A stretch of DNA of 56,393 nt, counting the filler, from Sphacelaria rigidula (taxonomy: Eukaryota), in assembly GCA_964200075.2 (NCBI GenBank). It is 7 parts of 7 records of this genome, joined end to end, with 100 filler letters (N's around TTAATTAATTAA, not from the genome) between each part and the next. Parts side by side here need not be neighbours in the genome. Positions count along the whole stretch, not along the records: positions 32,284 to 40,253 come from CAXNAA020012797.1; positions 40,354 to 48,323 come from CAXNAA020012798.1; positions 48,424 to 56,393 come from CAXNAA020012799.1; 4 more parts are not named here. One strand, written 5' to 3'. Every line of letters begins with the position of its first letter. The first letter of the stretch is position 1. The notes below the pieces were generated by a model that saw only the letters and a program-made list of their open reading frames with translations, ran no database searches and was not told the origin of the DNA. Of the stretch, positions 38,598-49,312 are shown one piece after another. The translations under genes were made by a program, and so were the position numbers.

Positions 38598-40456
38598 AAC
38601 TCCCGCTCGATATTCTAAAGTATGAAAATTCCGTGAATCACCATATACAAGGATACAAGAACCACGAAAGGCACTAGGTGCGTACGACTAATGGCACACG
38701 TCTTCGGGGTAAACATCAGGTATCCCTGACTTGAGCGCCGCGTATACCTGATTTTGCGCACTCATGCTATACGATTCAACACATGTTGTTACCTCACCCG
38801 AATCTGATTAGCCTCACTTGATCTTGTTGAGCATACTCGCAGGTTCACTCATTTTCCCTCGATTTCTTTCAGACGTCTCCTAAGTACACGTGGTATGTTT
38901 CCATGAGCCTTACGTTCAGGAGCGCAGAGGGCGTACTGCAGAGAGGAGTTTCGGTATTTTGCGACTGTATGTTGTCACCCAAGATATCGCGAAATCGCCG
39001 ATTTTGTCTTGTTAAACCTTGTCGCGAGTATACAGCGATATAGCTGCCGCTTGGACTTGTTGGTAGCGTTTGTTCAGGAAGCGAGCAGTTTGCCCATTGA
39101 ACAAGTGAGCGCTCACTGGTTTAAGCGGTAAACTGGTCGCTATCTGAACAGCTTACAGTACCGCTGTTTTGTTCGATTCTCTCCCGCCCACGCGGTACGC
39201 AAGGTATCGATTGGCCAAGCTGGTCAGTGAATAGGATAGCAGTGCTAGAGAGTAAGCAAGAGGAGTGGGTACAGTTGGCACATGAGACAGACAGGGCGCG
39301 GGGTTATGACCTTGGTTCTAGGGTACATCGCTTCAATACGACATATAGGACTTACGTAAGCGTCGTAATTCCTGATTCTCGAAGATGGCGTGTAATGATT
39401 ATCGTACACCTGAGGAGATAAAACACCTCGGCAATGGTTTTCCTCTTCCACGACGACAGCGCTCATAGCATCTTTCGTCCGTGTTCATACTAACTGATGG
39501 GAACTGACAGCACCAGAGAGGGATCTCGATAACGACGTTTGAATTACACGCTGACCGGCGGCTATCGAGCAGGTCTATTTTTCCCGTTCTCGAACAGCGG
39601 TTGTACCGCTGTTTGAACAAGGCAGATAAGGCAGAAGACGTTTCGACTGTACCTTTCTCCTGTTTCCTATGCACAATTTGATTGATTGGTTGGTTGATTG
39701 ATCGCCACACTTTAACTAATCCCTCAGAGATCTAGCGTAACCAAAATCAAACAATTTGGAAGCACTTGATGAAGAAAATTGAAGAGAAACACTGAAGGGT
39801 AGAAGAGACAGCAGGGTATACGAAGGAAAGAAGAGAGAAAAAAAAAAACCCCAAAAAATAAAAATAAAAGCACCAAAAGTGGCCGGCCGCTGCCACATGG
39901 CTACAGTGGGAAACGTCTTGCGCAGAAACCACACTCATACCGAGTCGCAACGAAGAAAAGTCCATGGGAACAGATTGCGGCTCATCTACTCCAACCTCAC
40001 TATTTTGGGTATGAAGCTCTCATCCATGAACATTATGGAAGCGAGACACCAGACTGCTACTTGCGTACACTGGGAGGGAAGAACACACACGTTAAGGGAT
40101 GGGGCAAGAAGCAAAGAACAACAAAGAAGGGTGAGTGTACCCGAAAAATGTGTATACTTGATTTCGAACGTCTTGTTGGTACTGTGGTACCTTTTCACGG
40201 TTAGGACAAATCATCACGACTCAAAATCACCAAATTCACGATTTCTCCTAGATNNNNNNNNNNNNNNNNNNNNNNNNNNNNNNNNNNNNNNNNNNNNTTA
40301 ATTAATTAANNNNNNNNNNNNNNNNNNNNNNNNNNNNNNNNNNNNNNNNNNNNCCCTTTTGGGCAATCAGGCCGAAGAAATCGTGAATGTGTTGATTTCG
40401 AGTCGTGATGATTTGTCCTAACCGTGGTTGGTTTTCACATTTAACGTTTCTGGCAG

Positions 40457-43400
40457 CTGACACCAGATGGAAACTGGATACTGGTGGCGGCCCCAACGGT
40501 GGGTTTGTGCTTGCTGCCTACAAAGGACCTGAAAATGGAGCAGGCAGTGATGTATGGCGAAAAGTGAGCTACTGTACCTTCTTCTGTACATGAGACCGTG
40601 CGTACCTTATTTGACGCGGATGGCGTTCAACATGATGGTTCTAAAACTGCGTTTTGTGCATGCGCTGTGTACTTTTTTCTACCCGTAGACAATGTGTACC
40701 TTTTTTGTATTGTCGCTGATGGCGTCCGACATGATGGTTTGAAAACTGCGTGTTGTGCATGCGCTATGTACCCTGTGCTGTCCGTAGACGATATGTACCT
40801 CATATGTCTTTTCGCAGATGGCGTTCAACGTGACGTTTTGAAAACTGCGTATTGTGCATGCCCTATGTACCTTGTTCTGTCCGTAGACAATGTATACCTT
40901 CTTTTGTCTCGTCGCGGATGACGTTCAATATGACGATTCAAACGCTTCGCATCGTGTATGCGCTATATACCTTTTTGGTGTATCTGAGTAGGTGTGAAGC
41001 AACGGAGTCATGGCATGGCGGAAAGACGAGCTATTGCAGTTGGACCTTATTTGTAATAGTTAACCTATTCTGGAGTGTGACGCAATGTACCTTTTTTATG
41101 TAGCTCGTCGCAACAACGGTGGTACTGTACGTGACCAATAATCGAGCTCCTGCCTTTTTTAATCTTTATTTTATTTTGTTCTATTATTTTTTTTTCTCAC
41201 ATGTCTTGAGCAGTGAAACATCCCGTCCACGTGGGGGATTACCAGTGTTGTAGTACCTTATTCGAACGTGTTTTCGTAGCTCCACGGCGTAAAATAAGTC
41301 AGCATTAGACAGTGGGTCGTGTGCGCTAGGTATGTCTATATTATCATACCCTGGATATTAGATTGCATTGGCAAAAATTGTACTGCGTACAATATTGAAC
41401 CTATTGTGTACTGCGATAGACAAAACGTTATTTACTGTACGCAGTACACTTTTTGACAACGCAATATATCGTCATAATCCAGGGTGTGGTATGTGCATTG
41501 GAAGGAGCGGGTAGATACAGAAGCATCGAAGACCAAACACGTGTTGACAGTCATGGGTTTGTTGGCGACGAATTAAGGTATTATTATTATTATTTTTTTT
41601 CGCTTCCCGGGTTTGGATTCGTTTTGAACGTTTGAGTGCGGGCCTGGGTTTGAAAATTGAGCGTCGACTTTTTGATCCTGCTGCCTTTTTTTTTTTTGCA
41701 CGTTACATGCGATGCTGCGACGATAACGTCAGCCTATTATTTCTTTTTTTCTCGGATTTTTTTGTTTTCACTTCGACAGTTTTGGAAATCGAGGTTCGAA
41801 AGCAAGATTCTGGGGAACGGCAATCCTGGGGGATATGCACAGGCGTGACAGCGACGTGGCGGGAGGGCGCGGGCTCTGTATAATCGGGAATCCCAGCAAG
41901 GTACGAGCTGGGCCAGGCGAGCGTAAGATGCGCATACCCTGGGCACACCGTGGCTTTCTCAGTTTTCCGAATCAACCCGATGGAAGTATACCGCTGTGAA
42001 CTGCAGACAAATCGTTTTTTTTTCATGTTAAATTATGGAAATTAATTAATTGATTAAAGATTGTTTGAGGATGGATGGTTGAAGGGTTGGTTGGATTCCA
42101 TTTTTTGGACACGGGCAGGACAAAATATCAGGATGCACGCCCTGCCGCTAAAATAAAATGGAAAAAATGTACCTCATGATATATATGACCTCAACGACGG
42201 AACCAATTTTTAAGAGAAAAATAAAGTCTGGATCTGGTTCTGGTATCCCCCCCCGCCCCCAAGATTCCCCCGTGAATGGTTGACCGGTATTTCGAGTATT
42301 CTTCGCATTCTTAGTTTTTTCCACTTCATTTTTTTGCTCTTATTTGGACGCAGAGTCGAGATGAGAAGACGGATCTGTTCTTTTACGACCAAAGAGGAGG
42401 GCAGCCCGAGCGTATCGACACGCCTCGGCGGGAGGGAACGATGTGGCTGGCCTGTTCCCCATTGCGGCCTGTCCTGCTCTTCATATGTCCGTGCGGCATA
42501 CTCTACGTTCGCGAGCAGGTTCGTTGCCCCATGTCAACTGCAGTATATGTATACATATATGTATATATAGGTGAACTTTACACACGTCGGACAGGCCATG
42601 AGCTACTGTCCCTGAAATGACCAATCGAAGAAAACTCTAAGATCAATTGTACAAAAACACAAAATATGCGACAGCAGTGTCGGAGAAGCCAAAGCGTTAC
42701 CTTCCCGCTGTTATACCGCGCGCTCGGCAACCATCGCTCTCGGGACTTGATACGGAAATAGTGACCAAATGAGCTAGTATAGCTCATGATCCGAAACAAT
42801 ACTTTAGTAAGAAGTATAGTAGTATCCAGGTACAGCTCATGAGGTGTCCGACGCGAAGATCTTGACATATATCCACTGCGCCGCTGCGGTCTAATGATGC
42901 AACTTGAGAATGTGACATACTACGTCAGGAAAACGGGGGTTTGATTGCCGCAGGTTGCGTTCCGCTTTTTTTTCTCTTTTTTTTTAACGAAAAGCAGAAA
43001 ATTTGAGGGCTCTTTACGTTACACGTAGCAAATTTCGTTACACGTCACAAGTTAAGCCTGGCTAGTACTACGGTGGGGGCCCACGTGGTCCCCCACCGTA
43101 GTACTAGCAAGCCCCGAGGCTTAATTTGATTTGACTCGAGTTTACAGAACGCTCCGCGTGTAACGAAAGTTGTGACGTGTATCGAAATTTGTGACGTGTG
43201 ACGTGAAACGCCCTGGAAAATTTACGTTCTTGCTACGGAGCGTGAAGACGTGAGCAGGCAGACGTGAGTAGAAAATTGTAACGTTGTGTGTGTTCTGTAC
43301 GGTATCCAGACGAAAAACTCGGGTATGAAAGAGGTATGTTCTCGGTAACGTACCCTTCCGAACCGCACCGGATTGTCCGGAGCAAGGCGCGATAGCCTGC

Positions 43401-46400
43401 CGTATACCGAAATAGTCGGTACACATTTCGGTACGGTTCAGTGTGCCCACCAGAGGTGTGTTTACCACTTGGTCGATGAGCAAATTTCTCGGAAATATAT
43501 TCTTCAAAATAACGCTAACCCTAAAAACCTCAACCCTAACCCTAACCCTAACCCAAGGCATACCGAGAACCCTCCGGCGAGGGTGTGTCAAGCTTTCCCT
43601 AGGCAAAGTATGGCGCTGGCAGACCTCAGAACGGCGCCACAGGCGCCGATTTTGACGAAAACGCGTTCTGCACACGCGAGGGGGCGGTTGAGGCTGTCAG
43701 CCCCGCTGAAGATCCAAAGATCGGGGTTTACACTCAAATCAAGTAATAAAGTTCCGGGAAGGTTCTAATCGAACATATGGTGAAACACTACTGGCGAACC
43801 AACCAACCAACCCCCGTGCAATGTATGGAGGAAACGTAATGAGTGCCGGAATGTTGGAGGTGTCTCTATGGGGAGTAGGAATGGTTCTCCGTCTCAAGAG
43901 GGATGCGTGGTCAATGGGCAAACGACCAAGGCAAGCAACGATTGAGTACGCTCCCCGCCCCCCCCCCCCCGCCACTTCCGGGTAAGCCCTACGGAACACA
44001 ATGATGCAAATTCACGTCCTTGTAGAAGTGGTTGCCTGAGTTTGTTCGACAGGAATTGACGTGGCGGGAGTGCTGATGGTCATGTTCCAATCCGCGATAA
44101 CAAAATGCTATGGGTGTACTGGAGAGAGATGAGTTGATTGATCCCTTGAGACACATACACGACGGAGTCGTCCCGAGGAAGGGCAGGGGTTTGAAGTGCG
44201 ACAAGTAAAATGAATGAATAAATGAATGATATATCAAAAAGAACGTGAGGACGACAGTCGGGGAGGGGGTGGGAGTAGAGAATGGAGTTTGTTCGACGAG
44301 AGTTGACGCGGTTCGAGAGTGGTGATGGTCATGATCCAATCCGCGATAACAGAGTGCAAGGCAGCGTGTACGGCGGGGGGGAAATGTAAATCGATTCCTT
44401 GAGACCGGGGACTGACTCATCATTTCCAGGAGGGAGAAAAGTTGAACGTGCGACGAGAAAAAAAAAAAAAGGAGCAGATCCACCTCGCTCGGACAACGCT
44501 CACCCTTTACCAGTGTATGTGCGTGTTGTCGTCCCATCTATTCTGGACGCCGGTTTACACCTTTCGGTATATGTGGGCGCACCAGCCGGGGTCACACAGG
44601 AGGAAGGTCAACACAGGAGCTTTTTTATTTTTTATTTGTTTTTTGTACCCCACTTTCCTCCTGCGGTGCTTGCCTTTATTTTTCGTCGCGAGAGGGGTCC
44701 AGCAGTCCCTTTCCCTCGTCGACCGTCGAGTCGAATTTGGTCTACCCACGACATGGTCGCTCTCCACTACTGTTGGGCATCGTGTGAGAAAAATACCAGA
44801 TCGCTCCGAGGTTTGAACCCGCGATCCAACCGTCAGAAGGTTTCGAGGTTACCAACTGAGCCACCGGGTCGACCGGTTTAACTAGAATAACATTGGTGGT
44901 GGGTTTGTCCCAGTTTGGGGGGGAAGTGATGATATGTACGGTTGACGTGTGTTCACACCCTGGACAGTATATGGTCAAACGTTGTATTATTATACACAGA
45001 AACATGTACTGCGTAGAGTAAAGAAGTCCACTGCAGCTCGTTTCCGGTTATATTATTCAGGGGGGCAATAGGAAATAATTCACGCGATACATTTCTTTTC
45101 TTGTCTTTTGCAACAAATTACCGTATAATGTTGGACAATATTTTGCAATAGACCTATACTGTACTTCACACAGAACATTTTTTTGTGCATTATACAACTA
45201 TCGATGATATTTTGTGTCTAGGGTGTGTGTATGTTTGGAATGACGGTAACCCCTAACCCTTACCCAACCCGAGGCATACCGAAAGCTGTCGGCCAGGCTG
45301 GTGGTGAAAAGGGTGTTCTATTTATTTTAGGTGAAAAGTGCGTTGGTAGACCTCAAATTGGCACCTGTATCGCCGATCTGGATTTTGAAAGACGCGGTCT
45401 GCGTGTGCTTCGAGCACTCGGGACAGTCAGCCCCACTAAAGATCCAAATCTCGGTGTTCATACTCAAATCAAGTCATACTAACCCGCGCGCGCTTCGTGC
45501 ACTTGGGACCGCCAGCTCTATTTTTTTTTTCCTCACACTTAAAACCCCTCCCTTCCTCGGAATGAGTCCGTGGTCTCAACGGATCAACCCATCTCTCCCC
45601 CGGTACGTGCCTTTCATTTGAACTCGCGGATTCGATCAGCACTCCCGCACCGCGTCAACTCATGTCACACAAACTCAGTCGACTACTTCGTATTACTCAC
45701 GTTCTCACGCTTTCCACGGTAGAAATCATACATTACGAAGAAGAAACCCAACGCATCGGGAATCGAACCCCCGTTCTCTCCACCCTTATGGCGACAGACG
45801 GACCATTACACCACCGGGTCGCGGAGATTGAAGATCCGAATCCCGTTGTATATACTCAAATCAAGTCATATCAACCTGCGCGCGCTTCGAGCACTCGGGA
45901 CAGTCCGCCCGAATGAAGATCCGAATCTTGGTGTTCATACTCAAATCAAGTAGTATCAACCATGATGGATATATTTCGCCCGAACTGGAACAAGACTCTG
46001 TTAACACTGACGCGCATGACCTCTGTTTTATTTCCTTTTGGGGGGGGAAAAATAATACCCAGGTGTTGAAAACTGATTTTCCTGGCCCGTGGTACCCTTC
46101 TGGGTACGTTCTCATCGACAACAACGTGGTGAGTGATGCTTGTGTGAAATGTGTGTTGTTTACTTCATGTGTGTTTCCACTCGAGACCCCCCCCTCCCCC
46201 TCCCCCTCCCCCAGAAATGGTGAGGCGCCCATGAGGCCGTGTTTAACCCGTGGCTGTCTCGGGAAGTGACGACACCAGAAAATGATGCAACCCAATCCAG
46301 CTTGTCAGCAAGTCATTCGAGGTTGTCATCCATGTGCAAGATAATTAGTACGTTCCAGACCGAATAATCTTAATAGGATGCAGCTCACCCTTCATGCGGC

Positions 46401-48001
46401 TCGCCGAACTCATCATGGCGCTTCGCGCTTGGTGATATGATTGCGAGCCGGGTCCGGCGATCACCCGGCGTGCTGTTTCCCGGCTTTGTAGGGATGCGAG
46501 ATCAATGGTCAGGTGATTATGGCATGCATGGTCATGAGAACACCCCCAATGAGGTTGATGTCGGTTGGCGACAATGCTGTTGTACACGCCACTCTCTCAC
46601 TGCGTAAGCTAGGCAATCAGGTTACCGTTTTGTTTGTGCGGTAACCATGATAGTGGTCGAACTAGATCATACTGTGCGGGGTGGGAGAACCTCAAGTCCG
46701 TGCAAGGGGATGATCCTTCTACGTAGTGTTAATATGGCGAGGCACCCATAAGGCAGTGTGTAACCCGTGGCTGTCTCTGGAAGTGGTGATACCAGAAAAT
46801 GAAGCAAGTCATCGTAGGCTGTCATCCATACGCACGATAATCAGTACGCTTCGCGCCAAACAGAACAATCTTAGCAGGATGCAGCTCACCCTTCATGCGA
46901 ATCGCCGAACGCATGACGGCGCTTCGCGCTTGGTGACTGATTGCGAGCCTGGTCTGGCGAAAGCCCGGCGTGCTCCGTCCCTGCTCTGTAGGGATGCGAG
47001 GTCAATGGTCTTATGACCACGGCATGCAAGATCATGCGCACAATCCCCCCCTCGCCAGGAATAATATATTCCCCAAACCAATGTATTTATACCCGCCGCG
47101 CTTCGGTGGTCCAGTGTACAAGTCAAAGCATTGGGTCGGAAAAAAGCGTCTTCGATTCTGGGCCGCAAGCCTTTGGGCTTTCCTTTCTCATACATTTTTT
47201 ATTCCGACGTTAATGGAACTGAGGACGTCAGTAACAAACTGAGATAATTCTAGAAGGAAATGGTACGAAGAGCGTTTTTGCGGGTGATGGTGAAGTTTGC
47301 GTTTTACAAAAGTGTGCTTGATAGATTGATCGAGTGATAAATTGATTTTGACTGTGCTTTTTTTTTCTCCCAGTTCGTCTTGAACCAGTTGTTGTATAAA
47401 ATCGCATCTTATTTTCTCATTGGTCTTTCACTATTTATTTAGCTTTTTCAGTTACATTTTTTGTTCCTCTAGATGTAACAGTAAATATCACAACTTGAAA
47501 ATGGGAGTAATACTTTTCAAAACATCTGCAAAGGTCGGACAAGCGGGTGATTCGTCAAGAAATTACGTGATTTTAGTGTGATTGATTCGTACCGTAGGAA
47601 TCAACCCTTGGGCTTTGTTTTCAGCGTTGAAACCCAGGTACGTGCAGCCCAGGCACGTGGAATGGCGCAAAAATTGCGTGGTGACTTTTTATGACCAGCG
47701 GTCAACTGTTTTCTCTTTGTTGCGCATTCAGGCCTGAAAAATCGTGGATTTGGTGATTCGAACCGGCGATGATTCGTCCGAACCGTGAAAACTTGGAAAC
47801 AATCCTGCTTTCGCCTTCGAATGACACAAGGTGGTGTGTCGAGCGAATTTATCAGTTGTGTCGCCTTGGTGCTCCCGTTTGTGTTTGTGTGTCTCTCTAT
47901 GTGTCTATGCGTGTCTCTGTGGCTGTGCTGTCTCTCTCCAGGAGTACCTAGAGGCTGAGGATGAATTGGACACAGTGGTCACCACGGGGCCCAATGGAGA
48001 G
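40457..48001 (+). CDS. RBBP5: Partial RBBP5/Swd1-like WD40 protein (COMPASS subunit), internal exons
   Basis: Phase-consistent exons 40457-40563 (LTPDGNWILVAAPTVGLCLL...), 41780-41900, 42354-42518 (DLFFYDQRGG...EGTMWLACSPLRPVLLFICPCGILYVREQ), 46063-46128 (VLKTDFPGPWYPSGYVLIDNNV) and 47942-48001 (EYLEAEDELDTVV...). The last WD blade plus F...P.Y..IDNNVEYLEAEDELD resembles RBBP5 WHPVRP...FAPDFKELDENVEYEERESEFD. These exons are largely invisible in the ORF track. Confidence 0.72.
40598..40980 (+). repeat. Intronic minisatellite, ~99-nt unit x~4
   Basis: The unit start gatg[ga]cgt.c.a recurs at 40619, 40718, 40817 and 40917. Confidence 0.85.
43061..43108. repeat. 48-nt palindrome inside nested inverted repeats
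   Basis: gctagtactacggtgggggcccac|gtggtcccccaccgtagtactagc, with one mismatch. Confidence 0.9.
43515..43745 (+). repeat. Interstitial (CCCTAA)n tract heading a dispersed repeat
   Basis: ctaaccctaaaaacctcaaccctaaccctaaccctaaccc followed by aaggcataccga...gtcagcccc.ct.aagatccaaa...actcaaatcaagt; homologous copy at ~45247-45480. Confidence 0.7.
44513..44874 (-). mobile_element. tRNA-headed SINE-like element, family A
   Basis: Minus-strand 5' end GGTCGACCCGGTGGCTCAGTTGGTAAC...GGGTTCAAACCTC has Pol III A-box and B-box motifs. It is followed by a ~290-nt body, part of which recurs at 815-870. Confidence 0.7.
45541..45820 (-). mobile_element. tRNA-headed SINE-like element, family G
   Basis: Head CCCGGTGGTGTAATGGTCCG...GGTTCGATTCCCG (A and B boxes). 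The body with ccttcctcgg...gatcaacccatctctcccc is shared with 55465-55759, 23000-23060, 44040-44195 and 55020-55140. Confidence 0.7.
47545..47800 (+). repeat. Dispersed repeat family H
   Basis: attgattcgtacc...gttttcagc.ttg.aaccca.gtacg.gca.cccaggcacgtggaa.ggcgca also occurs at ~31960-32080, 34145-34370 and 50190-50435. Confidence 0.75.
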
Positions 48002-48423
48002 GTGCGTGTATCTCGTTCGTTTGGGTCATACTCCAAAAAGGTTTTGTGTATGCGGTGGTGTTGTCTCTATATGTAGAGGGTCTGCGATGTGATGGTAGCG
48101 TGCACTGCACAGGTTTGCTGGTCGCCTTTTTCGTTGATTCTATTAATAGTTGTGGTTCGAAAACATACGATGGAGTAGGCCCTGACTTCCAAGGCATGCC
48201 TTACTTTTTGCCTTGGAGCCCCTTTTTCAAAAAGGGATTGCTTGAGAGGGGGCAAGGGGCCCTACAGACTGGAAAACAGTGTTCACCCCCCCAATTTCCC
48301 GAAAACCTCATTCTGGGCGACCGNNNNNNNNNNNNNNNNNNNNNNNNNNNNNNNNNNNNNNNNNNNNTTAATTAATTAANNNNNNNNNNNNNNNNNNNNN
48401 NNNNNNNNNNNNNNNNNNNNNNN

Positions 48424-48488
<65 letters not shown>
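48424..48488 (+). repeat. (AAT)n microsatellite at a contig edge
   Basis: About 21 perfect ATA/AAT units. Confidence 0.95.
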
Positions 48489-48490
<2 letters not shown>

Positions 48491-49312
48491 CGGCAGGTCG
48501 GTCACGCTGCCCCCGCACTTATGAGTTTAACCGGCACAAGTAAAAATGGGATTGATTAAATGACGACTTACGACAGGTCGATTGATCAATTGTCGCACAT
48601 TAACTGATCCCCGAGCGACCCAGTCGTCATTGTCCACCAGATGCACGTACTGTACCACCCCAGGTACGGGAAATGGAAACACTCGCCGAAGGAAACTGGA
48701 GGAAGACCGAGTGGCGACGAAAAAAATAAAACAAACACCCAGCAGTCTACCATGGCACCCGAACCCACAAGCGCTTTCCCCCTCTCAGGACGTCCGAAGC
48801 GAAAATGAAAGTGCAGCAATAGCAGCTCAGCAACATCCGCACTTGGTATACAGTACTGCTATACTCTTTCTCTTGTTTATTTTTTAATACTATCATCGTC
48901 ATCACCCCCTCCCCCCTCCCTGGTCCGACGAAAACCCGGCGTGCTCCGTCCCGGCTTTATGGGGATGCAAGGTCAACGGTGATATGACTACGGCATGCCG
49001 TAGTCTCAAGGGATCAACCCCCTCACTCCTCCCCCTGTATAAGCATAAACAGTTCGTCACTATATCGCGGATTTGGATCAGCATTGCCGTACCGGGGCGA
49101 CTCCCGTCAAATGTTCCCTGTAGTCCGCGTCGTCCCGAGAAACCGAGAATAGTTGCAATAGGCCTACACTTAACCCAGTACACGTGTTTACTGTTGCAAC
49201 TATTGACAATATTTCGTCCAGGGTGTGTAATTTACTGTTCATTAAAAAAAAAAAGAGCACAGACCGAGGCGGACAAGACAAGCAAATGCAACACCAGCAG
49301 CACGTAACCAAC

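Noticed and set aside
40598..40921. 33-aa repeat ORF as an ankyrin protein
   Set aside because: No TPLH/GxxxxVxxLL pattern; it is a 99-nt minisatellite inside an RBBP5-like intron and the fourth unit shifts frame.
44800..44874. tRNA gene
   Set aside because: A and B boxes are present but I could not build a convincing acceptor stem or cloverleaf, and it is attached to a repeated body, so it is treated as a SINE head.
48600..48846. Atg10-like plus-strand exons (MHVLYHP; QQHPHL)
   Set aside because: The motif matches are too short, the phases are inconsistent, and there is no HPC catalytic motif.
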